Shown here: positions 39,447-47,598 of the stretch, piece after piece | Numbering within the stretch: position 1 is the first letter of the stretch | Layout: each line of letters starts with the position of its first letter | Source: Bdellovibrionota bacterium | GTDB lineage: Bacteria; Bdellovibrionota; UBA1018; CAUJDS01 | DNA: 64,000 nucleotides | Direction: 5' to 3' | Assembly: GCA_963169695.1 (NCBI GenBank) | Contig: CAUJDS010000011.1 | Location: forward strand, 57,001 to 121,000 | The notes under the pieces: model-generated | Seen by the model: the letters and a program-made list of their open reading frames with translations, nothing else | What the model was told of the DNA's origin: nothing | The model's database searches: none | Translations under genes and position numbers: made by a program

Positions 39447-39677
39447 TTGATGTCTGCTCTTGCTAGTAGCCCGGTAACGGGCGTAATCGATGAGTCCTTG
39501 GTGATCATCGACTTTGGAAGATACGAAGGTCGTACCGTCCGAGATATCGGAGAGGTAGATCCCAGCTTCTATCAACAACTTGCTACCGAAAAGGAGAAGG
39601 GCATCTTTGCGATTCGTCGTCATCGCGACAAGTCGTTTCGGCTCTACATGAATCCTCTGTCTTCACTCGACCAGTGA
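39447..39677 (+). CDS. Small DUF3820-like protein (76 aa). Tentative.
   Basis: DFGRYEGRTVRDIGEVDPSFYQQLA resembles the FGKYKG.TL.E....D..YL.WL motif of the DUF3820/ExoX C-terminal-like family. Convergently overlaps the dapF 3' end by about 15 nt. Confidence 0.35.
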   Translation: MMSALASSPVTGVIDESLVIIDFGRYEGRTVRDIGEVDPSFYQQLATEKEKGIFAIRRHRDKSFRLYMNPLSSLDQ

Positions 39678-40454
39678 GTAGGTCCCGACAAAGACCTCGT
39701 GGGCTGGACCTCGGAGAATAGCTCCGGATCCCGGTCCCAGCCACTCCACAGTGGCTCGCCCACCGGGAAGCTCCACCGTAACGGGAGATTTTCCACCCTG
39801 CAAAGCAATAGCTGCGGCGGCCGACGCACAAGCACCCGATCCACAGGCCAAAGTTGCGCCTGCACCCCGCTCCCAAATCCCGACACGAAGCTGCCTAGGT
39901 CCCTGGACCTCCACCCACTCTACATTAGTTCGATCAGGGAAGTCTGGGTGCACCTCTAACTCCGGGCCCCAGCGCTCCACATCAGCCTGCGTCCAATTTT
40001 GCGCAAAAAGCACGAGATGAGGATTGCCGACATGGACCACCACAGCCGGAATTTCCTGATCGCCGACTCGCATAGTCCTGGGGGGCTTCACATCCAACTC
40101 CCCCATTTCTACGGCCACCCAGTTGGGTGATTCGACACGAAGGGTCTGTTCACCTTTGACGGTGCGTACCTTAGCTACTGGCTTATTCAGAAACACGCCC
40201 ACCGCTCGCAATCCATTGCCGCACATCTCTGCCTGGGACCCATCGGCATTCCAAAATTTTACATGTGCGTCGAGTCCCGATCCATCTGGCAACAATTCGA
40301 TGAGTTGATCGCATCCAATCCCCCAACGGCGATCAGCCATAGCTTTGGCTTGCTGGGACGAGAGTTGCTTTTCTTTTCTTTCCTCGCGATGATCCACCAG
40401 GACGAAATCATTGCCGAGAGCTGTGAGTTTCCAAAATTTGAGTGACCGCACCAA
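39663..40454 (-). CDS. dapF: Diaminopimelate epimerase.
   Basis: 263 aa. FWKLTALGNDFVLVD, an active-site Cys-containing GNG motif, and a duplicated fold. Confidence 0.88.
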   Translation of the reverse strand: MVRSLKFWKLTALGNDFVLVDHREERKEKQLSSQQAKAMADRRWGIGCDQLIELLPDGSGLDAHVKFWNADGSQAEMCGNGLRAVGVFLNKPVAKVRTVKGEQTLRVESPNWVAVEMGELDVKPPRTMRVGDQEIPAVVVHVGNPHLVLFAQNWTQADVERWGPELEVHPDFPDRTNVEWVEVQGPRQLRVGIWERGAGATLACGSGACASAAAAIALQGGKSPVTVELPGGRATVEWLGPGSGAILRGPAHEVFVGTYSLVE

Positions 40455-40521
40455 ACCTCCAAGGGACCTAAGGTTTTGCTATATCCCGTTGGCTCCAGTA
40501 AGATAAAGAGGATTATCTGAC

Positions 40522-42243
40522 ATGAAAGATCTACGCATCCTCAAAAAATTGATCCCCTACCTTCGTCCGTACCTTCGCCTCATCTTGGTGAGCTTGGCCC
40601 TAAGCATTCCGCTATCCCTTCTTCGCACAAGCCCGGTTGTGATCGTCAAGTATTTAGTAGACCAATTCCTAATCAAAAAAGAAGCCAAGTACCTCTACCT
40701 CTTTCCACTCGCGGTGATCGGGATCTTTGGCTTGAACTTCGTGATTCGTTTTTTTCACTACTACTGCCTTCGCGTGGTGATTGTTCGAGTCAATCAAAAG
40801 ATCAAAAACGACGTCTACCAACACCTCTTAGGGCTTTCTCCCGATTACTTCACTCAGCAGAGCACGGGGTCGCTGATGTCTCGCGTGGCCAGCGATCCAC
40901 AGTACATCGATGGCGGACTTTCTTGTCTCAATGTTCTGATACGAGAACCGCTGACTTTTACCTTTCTTTTGGGAGCCGCATTCTACCTCAATTGGAAGCT
41001 TACGCTCATTACGCTGGCGATTTTTCCGATGCTGGCTTGGGTTTTTCGAGCCACGGGCCGCAACCTCAAACGCTACATCCACCGCATGACAGAAGAGAGC
41101 GAGCGCGTTTTCTCCCACCTTCAAGAAGCGTTTACTGGATTTCGAGTGATCAAACTGTTTCGGCTCGAAAAGTATGTGCGCAAGAAATTCAGAAACCGAA
41201 CGGAAGAATTTTCTCGTATCGCGCTTAAGACTGCCGTCTTAGAAGAAATTGCGCACCCGGCGGTAGAGCTGATCACGGCATTTGCTATTGCAGGTGTTAT
41301 CTACTCAGGCGGATCCATGGTCTTGAGCGGTACCATGACGTCGGGCGATCTTCTGGCTTTCTTCACCGCATTTGCAATCATGATTGATCCCATTCGCAAG
41401 CTCAATGACGTCAACATCAAGCTCCACCAAGCCGCAGCTGCTACCGAGCGGGTCATGGATATTCTCTCCTGGAAGTCACGTTTGCCGCAAAGCCAGCATC
41501 CTTCTCGCCTTCGCAGCTTCGAAGACAGCATCCGGTTTGAAAAGGTAAGCTTCGCGTATCCAGACCAGCCCGACCGCATGGTGCTGAAGAACCTTTCTTT
41601 TAACCTAAATAAAGGCAGTGTCATTGCGTTGGTGGGAGCCAGCGGCTCTGGCAAGAGTTCTGCGACTTATCTGATGGCTCGTCTTTATGACGTTTCCGAA
41701 GGAAGGATCTTGATGGATGGACACGACATCCGTAACCTTCCAGTAGAGGACCTTCGCAACCTTATTTCGGTAGTGAGCCAAGATGTCTTTCTGTTTAATG
41801 ACACCATTGCCGAGAACATTCGATGCGGAAAACTCGGTGCGGGGATGGACAAGATTCGAGAAGCTGCCCAGAAAGCCAATGCCCTTGAGTTTATTGAAAG
41901 TATGCCCGAAGGCTTTAACTCGATCATCGGAGATCGCGGAATCAAACTTTCTGGTGGAGAACGTCAGCGCATATCGGTAGCACGCGCGTTCTTGAGGGAA
42001 GCGCCACTTTTGATTTTGGATGAAGCAACGTCCAACTTGGATACCGTTGCAGAACGTGCCGTTCAAACGGCCTTAGAGGACTTGATGGCGGATCGTACAA
42101 CGTTGATTATCGCCCATCGACTGTCCACGGTACGAAAGGCCAACGAGATTCTCGTCCTCAAACACGGATCCGTTATTGAGCACGGTACCCACCAGTCCCT
42201 CCTCGACCACTCCGGTGAGTACGCCCGCTTCCACGCGCTCTAA
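40522..42243 (+). CDS. msbA: ABC transporter permease/ATPase fusion, MsbA-like lipid exporter family.
   Basis: 573 aa. Six-TM N-terminal domain. Walker A GASGSGKSS. LSGGERQRISVARA signature. Walker B ILDEATSNLD. Confidence 0.75.
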   Translation: MKDLRILKKLIPYLRPYLRLILVSLALSIPLSLLRTSPVVIVKYLVDQFLIKKEAKYLYLFPLAVIGIFGLNFVIRFFHYYCLRVVIVRVNQKIKNDVYQHLLGLSPDYFTQQSTGSLMSRVASDPQYIDGGLSCLNVLIREPLTFTFLLGAAFYLNWKLTLITLAIFPMLAWVFRATGRNLKRYIHRMTEESERVFSHLQEAFTGFRVIKLFRLEKYVRKKFRNRTEEFSRIALKTAVLEEIAHPAVELITAFAIAGVIYSGGSMVLSGTMTSGDLLAFFTAFAIMIDPIRKLNDVNIKLHQAAAATERVMDILSWKSRLPQSQHPSRLRSFEDSIRFEKVSFAYPDQPDRMVLKNLSFNLNKGSVIALVGASGSGKSSATYLMARLYDVSEGRILMDGHDIRNLPVEDLRNLISVVSQDVFLFNDTIAENIRCGKLGAGMDKIREAAQKANALEFIESMPEGFNSIIGDRGIKLSGGERQRISVARAFLREAPLLILDEATSNLDTVAERAVQTALEDLMADRTTLIIAHRLSTVRKANEILVLKHGSVIEHGTHQSLLDHSGEYARFHAL

Positions 42244-42300
42244 CCCAAAAAGGTGCCAAAAAACGTGTCTCACACGTTTATTGGCACCTATTGAGGAACC
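42244..42300. repeat. Intergenic repeat family, copy 1 (ccaaaaaggtgcc + hairpin + ggcacctattg).
   Basis: Shares the ccaaaaagg, AAACGTGT/ACACGTTT palindrome and ggcacctattg motifs with copies at 43.5 and 44.2 kb. Confidence 0.55.
42256..42283. terminator. Bidirectional rho-independent terminator hairpin between convergent genes.
   Basis: aaaAAACGTGT-ctc-ACACGTTTatt. An 8-bp perfect stem flanked by A and T runs, between the msbA-like stop (42243) and the lipoprotein gene stop (42288). Confidence 0.6.
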
Positions 42301-42884
42301 TCTAGAACTTCATAACTGTAATAACTGCCGTCAAGCGCGCGGTCTTCGAATCCAATCCAAACCTTCTCGCTACTTTCCGCAAGTATTTCAAATTGGTAAC
42401 TCCACCCTGCATCACCACTCAACTGGAATAGGTTGCGAGCTATTCTCTCCCACTTCAGGTCCAAATCCTTGGCATAAACTGGAACTTTCTTAGGAAGGCG
42501 CGGCCCCAAGGAAGAAGTGAAAGCTGCGAAGTCCAGATTTTGAGGTTCAAATCTTGGACTTCCGATAGCCTCATTCAATGCAAGCCCTTGCAGGGCTCCA
42601 AACTCAGCAATTGCACAAACCCGATAGTTCTTAAACTTGTGGAAGCTGGCGGTCGTCTCAGGCAGGGACTGAGCTCGATAAGCCTTTAGCCAGCTCTCGC
42701 AATTGTTGATACCCTTCTTGATCAATGTGCGTTTTATCTTCAGCACCTTTGCGGACTGTGCATCGGCAAGTAAGGCTTTGTCAAAGACTCGAATAGAATC
42801 TTGCTGAGATGTCTGCTGAGCACTCGAACAAGCGGTTGATAGTGCCAACGCAAATAGAAGGACTGCAAAACTACTTCTTCTCAT
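42288..42884 (-). CDS. Lipoprotein of unknown function, co-transcribed with the upstream lysozyme-like gene.
   Basis: Signal peptide and lipobox (ALALSTAC). 198 aa. Start overlaps the upstream gene's 3' end by 14 nt. Confidence 0.5.
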   Translation of the reverse strand: MRRSSFAVLLFALALSTACSSAQQTSQQDSIRVFDKALLADAQSAKVLKIKRTLIKKGINNCESWLKAYRAQSLPETTASFHKFKNYRVCAIAEFGALQGLALNEAIGSPRFEPQNLDFAAFTSSLGPRLPKKVPVYAKDLDLKWERIARNLFQLSGDAGWSYQFEILAESSEKVWIGFEDRALDGSYYSYEVLEVPQ

Positions 42885-43449
42885 TGAAACCCTTCATACC
42901 GGTTAGAAGATCGGCTTCTTTTCTCCTTCTGGTAGGATAGCGATCGCCAAAATTTCTTAGTTCGCTTTCAACCTTTGCCCATTCGTTCTTCTTTACGTGA
43001 TTCCAAAGATTCGGCGCTCGGCGTTCAAGGTTTGGTCCATATTGATAGGAAACAGAAAGAATTACTGTCTGTGCTTCCTGCTCCAGCTCATCAAAACTCT
43101 TGGAGTCTTTCGCATCCCTCGTTCTGTTATATACTTGCCTTATGCGTTCGAGATGCCGCACTTGAATCGCCCGGTCCAGATCTCCGGCCTCAACTGCACT
43201 CAGGACCAGGGGCTTCTTCTTTATAAAATCCACAGCCTTGGACCCTTTTAATCCTAAGTAAGGAGTCAATTTAGTGCGAGTAACATCTTTAATGGATAAA
43301 CTCTTGAGGTCTTCGGCACTCAACTGCCCCAAATCCACCCCAGTTGCTGCAGTTACACCACTTCCACTGGCACTCGAATCTGGTACGTAACCCTTGAGCA
43401 CTCGAGCACCTTCTAACGATTCAATAAACCGAAAATCTGGTCTAGCCAT
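42871..43449 (-). CDS. GH24 (phage T4-type) lysozyme-like protein.
   Basis: N-terminal FIESLEGARVLKGYVPD...SGVTAATGVDLG matches the catalytic Glu/Asp region of GH24 lysozymes (EGxRLxAYxD). C-terminal ...ILSVSYQYGPNL...W..V......W.......RR..E..LL matches the GH24 C-lobe pattern. No signal peptide. Confidence 0.55.
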   Translation of the reverse strand: MARPDFRFIESLEGARVLKGYVPDSSASGSGVTAATGVDLGQLSAEDLKSLSIKDVTRTKLTPYLGLKGSKAVDFIKKKPLVLSAVEAGDLDRAIQVRHLERIRQVYNRTRDAKDSKSFDELEQEAQTVILSVSYQYGPNLERRAPNLWNHVKKNEWAKVESELRNFGDRYPTRRRKEADLLTGMKGFNEKK

Positions 43450-43500
43450 GAAGTCGAGCTAGCCCTCCAATTAGCCAAAGTCAACGAAACACAGCAATAG

Positions 43501-43545
43501 CTATGACGCGCCTCGGGCCAAAAAGGTGACGGGCACCTTTTAAAA
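43501..43545. repeat. Intergenic repeat family, copy 2 (tgacgcgcctcgggccaaaaagg + hairpin).
   Basis: The 23-mer tgacgcgcctcgggccaaaaagg (43504-43526) is identical to 44172-44194. It is followed by the hairpin AAAAGGTG-acggg-CACCTTTT. It lies in the divergent region between the lysozyme-like gene and the 43557 lipoprotein gene. Confidence 0.55.
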
Positions 43546-43556
43546 AGGTCTTCAAT

Positions 43557-44162
43557 ATGCTAATGCCCGGCAATATGAAAATATTACTCAGAATGCTCCT
43601 TTTATCCCTTCTGCCGGCCGCCTGTGCCACTCCCCGTTTTGATGCACGAATAGAGCCCAATCAGGGTGACTCTGCTCAAATCAATGCGGCAATCGATGGT
43701 GTAACAGAAGAGCAGGAGAACGAAATCAAAGTCCATATGGGAAGCTTGCCAGCTGGAGTTCGAATCAATGGGGAAACGGTCGAACTCAGCAGTTCCTCAC
43801 CTCTAAAATATTTAGGACCAGTTCATACGACAGGTGGAAGTGGAGTTTTTCAATGGTCCTTCAACGATGACCGTACCGAGTGGTGCAGCGTTAGTAACGT
43901 TCTTACCATCGCTACAGGCTTCCTCTGGTCAATTTTGCCAATGCACTATCCTTGTTGGCCGTCTTACACATCAGACAGCCTCGAATCTGTCGAAATGAGG
44001 AAAACACACCTCCTTCGCGCGCTTAAGCGTGCGACCGTTGCAGCCGGAGGAAGTATTTTAGTCGTAAGATCGTTCGGACGAGTCGAAATCTTCAATGGCT
44101 TGACCGGCCATCACCTCGATTCAACCGAAATGGTCAATGCGCAAGGCTGGGCTTTCAAATAG
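43557..44162 (+). CDS. Lipoprotein of unknown function (201 aa).
   Basis: Signal peptide and lipobox (LLSLLPAAC). Confidence 0.45.
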   Translation: MLMPGNMKILLRMLLLSLLPAACATPRFDARIEPNQGDSAQINAAIDGVTEEQENEIKVHMGSLPAGVRINGETVELSSSSPLKYLGPVHTTGGSGVFQWSFNDDRTEWCSVSNVLTIATGFLWSILPMHYPCWPSYTSDSLESVEMRKTHLLRALKRATVAAGGSILVVRSFGRVEIFNGLTGHHLDSTEMVNAQGWAFK

Positions 44163-44169
44163 CGGAACA

Positions 44170-44270
44170 ACTGACGCGCCTCGGGCCAAAAAGGAAAAAA
44201 CGTGTGAGACACGTTTTCTGGCACCTATTGGCACGTTTTCTGGCACCTATTGGCAGCACCTATTGGCACC
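44170..44270. repeat. Intergenic repeat family, copy 3: 23-mer, inverted hairpin and tandem 21/22-bp direct repeats.
   Basis: tgacgcgcctcgggccaaaaagg (44172-44194). The hairpin AAACGTGT-gag-ACACGTTT (44198-44216) is the exact reverse complement of the 42.26-kb hairpin. cgttttctggcacctattggca occurs twice in tandem, followed by a third partial gcacctattggcacc. Confidence 0.6.
44195..44220. terminator. Bidirectional rho-independent terminator hairpin between convergent genes.
   Basis: aaaaAAACGTGT-gag-ACACGTTTtct between the 43557..44162 (+) gene and the 44272..47349 (-) gene. Confidence 0.55.
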
Positions 44271-44271
44271 T

Positions 44272-47200
44272 TTATTCCGCTTTGGAAGAAGTGCTGCGGT
44301 AGCGGGCGGCGGCTTCTTTGAGTTCGTCTTTTTTTGCAATGAGGCTACTGGAAATGGATTCGCAACTCGCATCTCCATCATCCATTTTTGATTCACCGGT
44401 TGTCTTCTTCTCAGCGGTCTTATCTCTATTGGCCCGCAAGTCTCGCAAGTCAGCATTCTTTTCTTCTTTTTCTTTTTCTATACGGTCTATTTCATCTTGG
44501 AGATTCTTGCCATTGGCTGAATCAAACGCCGCTTTTCTAAAATCATATTCTCTTTGATCTCTTCTTGCAGCATCCTCCGCTGCGGTCACTTTCGATCGAA
44601 GCTCGTTGTATTCAGCATTCAGTTGGTTTAATACACTTTCAGCTCGAGTCTTATCACTCTGTAATCTTGGCACTTTCTCTGGGTTTTTCTTATCGCCTTC
44701 GGTTGCCTCATAAAAAGCTTTGTCGGCATTTTTTAAAGCCTCATTTGCCACAAACCAGCCACTGCTATCACCAGATTTTTTAAAATTATTTAACCGAGCT
44801 GAAAGCACCTCCAACTCGGACTTCGAGGTCAACCACGTTTTTTCAATTGCTTGAAAATTGGTCTCTTTAGTACCGTAGCTCGCATCATTCTTCGACTTGA
44901 GCGCCGCCAGGTCGGACTTCAACTTTCGAATTTCCTCTTCAGCATCTTTCACTTTCTTCTCAGAACTTGCAATGGAAGCCAGGTCCCTAGCATTACTAGT
45001 CCCAGTCACTTTGCTCACGCCAGATCTCAGGATATCTGCGATATCCCGTGGCAGGTCATTGATCACAAGCTCCATATTCGACGTAAATTCTTTGAGTCGG
45101 TCGGTACCACCAAATTTATCTTCCATCCATGCGCAGGATTCCTTGAACTTGATACCAAGGGCTTCAAGTTCCTTGGCTTTGTCCTTCAAGCGATCCAAAG
45201 AACATTCGGACTTCAGCTCTTCGATTTCTTGAGAGACTTTGGCGATCTTCTGATTCTCTTTTTCTAATTCGGCTGCCTTCTCAGTGACCTTAGACAACTC
45301 ACCATTGAGGTCGCTCGAACCAAAATCAATCAACGGAGTACCTTGCATTTGTCCCGCAATAAGCCCCATAACATTCGTGCTTTTGCCCGGAATAGTAATC
45401 GGTTCGCCACTTGCTGTTTTTCCGACAACCTCTTGTGGTGCCTCAACCGGCGAAATGTACTTAAACCGAAAACCACCCGAAACTCTCAAGTCTTTTCCCG
45501 ATAGGTATTTGGATATCTTATCCAGCTGAGTCTTGATACTAGCAGCGTCTCCCGCAGGCCCACTGAGTGCCTGGCCAATAGTTTTGAGCTTGGTCGTGTA
45601 GCGTTCTTCCGCCAATCTCGCTGCCTCTTGCTGATTGCTTCGTACTTCGTTCACCGTGCGAATAAAATTGGTCGTCTGCTGCTGAAGGTTGCTAATAAAC
45701 CCTTCGATTCCTGCTCCGGGAATGGTCAAATTCTTTACGTAAGTGCCACCCTTGAAAGTCATGCTCGTAACCGAGACCTGGGGGTCGTCGCCGCGAACCA
45801 GAGAGCCCAATGTTTTTTTGAGGTCATTCAGGCAATTTTCTTCTGCATAGCCCAATGAGCTATCACACTGTTTGGTAGGAATGGCCACGTGGCCAGCACC
45901 TAGGACGCGCGCCACATTTTGAATATCAGCGGTATACTGCCCCAACATGGTCTGCGCAATTTGTTTGGAGGTTCGGCGAGTTTCTTCAATCTCTCGCTTC
46001 TTGTTGGCCAATGGGGTGCCTTCTTGTTTGGTACGACTGTTCACCGTCTTAAAGGCTGCGCTATAACAACCGCTCACTGCTGCATTGAGGAATCCTAGCA
46101 GATTGATTCCCGGCGTACTGATTCCAGAAAAGCGCTTGTTCAAGGTGGCAATCAATTCTTCCTTGGACATGATATTGAACGTCTGCCCGCCATAAGCTTC
46201 GGCAGCCTGAGGATTGGTAGCCGCACCTTTGGTCTTTGGCACATCCCCAAAAAGGCGTGCTAGCTGACTCTTCACCAAATTAGCGGTACTTGCGGCAGAT
46301 TTTTTATTAGCTGTACGGGTCTTGGCCTGGCCATCCTCGCCACGAAGGGATTCTTGCTCAATGCGTTCCAACAAAGCTTGCTCTCGACTACAAGAAACCG
46401 TTTGGCCAAGTTGCTCGCCTTTTCCAAGACACTTCATATTTGGGTCTGGTGTCTCTCGGAAGCAACGCTCAGTCTCTTCCATAATGGAGACGGACCATTG
46501 TTGATTGTATTCGGTGACTTTCTTTCTGAGATCCGACATAGCACGACTAACAACGGCTGAATCATTTTCGAGGCGGACGTTGAAATCTCCCTGGCCACGG
46601 GCCAACTTTTCTTTGAGTTGAAGGAGTCCGTCCTGTCCAACGGCTGGATTACCCGAAAGCTTAAGTTGAACTTCTTGTTGCTGCTGACCCAATTCTTCGA
46701 GCGCCTGACGATAGCCTTTTTGTACACGAAGGTTTTCGTCTACTTCCGATTGAAGGGGCGAGGCCAAAGAAGACGCGAATTGCTGAAAACTGCTGCCCTT
46801 TTCTACCAGACAAGCTACTTCCTGTTGCACGTAGTTGGCTTTGTTGATCTTACAAATATTGGCTTCTATTGCTGCCGCGTTATCTTGAATCAAACTACTC
46901 GTGGCCTTGAGACTAAAAACTCCCGTCTTATCTTTTACTGAAGAGGAGCTACAAGAAGGCGCAGATAGCACGGGGGTCACTTCCGGACAGTCGACTTCTA
47001 GCCCCATCGCGTTCTGCGCGCTACCGACGAAGGCTGAGTTAGAAATCTTCTTTGCTTTGGTATCTGTATAGCCAAGGTCCTCGTCTTCCGTAGCCTTTGG
47101 CGCTGCTTTGCTTTGCCTTGCTACTTGAATCACTTTACCTGTCAGACATTGATAGGGAAGCGACGGAGATGCTAGCCCGGTCAAATTGACATTGGACGAT

Positions 47201-47349
47201 GAGAAGTTGGTGGAAGGTCCCCAGGCAGCCGGCAAGTTTACCGAGGGCGCATTCACTGCAGCTGCATGGGCAAAAAGCACAACTCCTAAACCCGTAGGAA
47301 TAAGAAATCCAATGACCATTGCAAAATGAGGACGAAACAAACCCCGCAA
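44272..47349 (-). CDS. Large secreted coiled-coil protein (1025 aa), unknown function.
   Basis: N-terminal signal/TM (VIGFLIPTGLGVVLFAHAAAV). Long K/E/Q-rich predicted coiled-coil segments. Multiple Cys pairs. No recognisable catalytic domain. GC lower than its surroundings. Confidence 0.6.
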   Translation of the reverse strand: MRGLFRPHFAMVIGFLIPTGLGVVLFAHAAAVNAPSVNLPAAWGPSTNFSSSNVNLTGLASPSLPYQCLTGKVIQVARQSKAAPKATEDEDLGYTDTKAKKISNSAFVGSAQNAMGLEVDCPEVTPVLSAPSCSSSSVKDKTGVFSLKATSSLIQDNAAAIEANICKINKANYVQQEVACLVEKGSSFQQFASSLASPLQSEVDENLRVQKGYRQALEELGQQQQEVQLKLSGNPAVGQDGLLQLKEKLARGQGDFNVRLENDSAVVSRAMSDLRKKVTEYNQQWSVSIMEETERCFRETPDPNMKCLGKGEQLGQTVSCSREQALLERIEQESLRGEDGQAKTRTANKKSAASTANLVKSQLARLFGDVPKTKGAATNPQAAEAYGGQTFNIMSKEELIATLNKRFSGISTPGINLLGFLNAAVSGCYSAAFKTVNSRTKQEGTPLANKKREIEETRRTSKQIAQTMLGQYTADIQNVARVLGAGHVAIPTKQCDSSLGYAEENCLNDLKKTLGSLVRGDDPQVSVTSMTFKGGTYVKNLTIPGAGIEGFISNLQQQTTNFIRTVNEVRSNQQEAARLAEERYTTKLKTIGQALSGPAGDAASIKTQLDKISKYLSGKDLRVSGGFRFKYISPVEAPQEVVGKTASGEPITIPGKSTNVMGLIAGQMQGTPLIDFGSSDLNGELSKVTEKAAELEKENQKIAKVSQEIEELKSECSLDRLKDKAKELEALGIKFKESCAWMEDKFGGTDRLKEFTSNMELVINDLPRDIADILRSGVSKVTGTSNARDLASIASSEKKVKDAEEEIRKLKSDLAALKSKNDASYGTKETNFQAIEKTWLTSKSELEVLSARLNNFKKSGDSSGWFVANEALKNADKAFYEATEGDKKNPEKVPRLQSDKTRAESVLNQLNAEYNELRSKVTAAEDAARRDQREYDFRKAAFDSANGKNLQDEIDRIEKEKEEKNADLRDLRANRDKTAEKKTTGESKMDDGDASCESISSSLIAKKDELKEAAARYRSTSSKAE

Positions 47350-47598
47350 GACACATCCCCCGATACCTTATTATTTTACAGGGTTAATAGCGGATTTGAA
47401 AAGGGAAACTACCATCCGCTTGCCCAATCCGAGAAGCCGTTGAGTTACAGGCAAGTAGTCAAAGAACTGTCGGATTTTTAGACAGGGACTGTTTAGCGAT
47501 TGGACAGCGGAAGTGGTTTGCCGAATGCACGATGAAAATCATACGTCATTAAGAAGCTCCTTGAAGTCTGCAGAGGTTTTCACCGGAGCCACCCGGCC

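Noticed and set aside
44214-44270. Tandem repeats of cgttttctggcacctattggca, checked as a possible CRISPR array.
   Set aside because: Only about 2.5 units of about 21 bp are present. They are directly abutting with no spacers, no cas genes and no leader. They are part of the local intergenic repeat family rather than a CRISPR.
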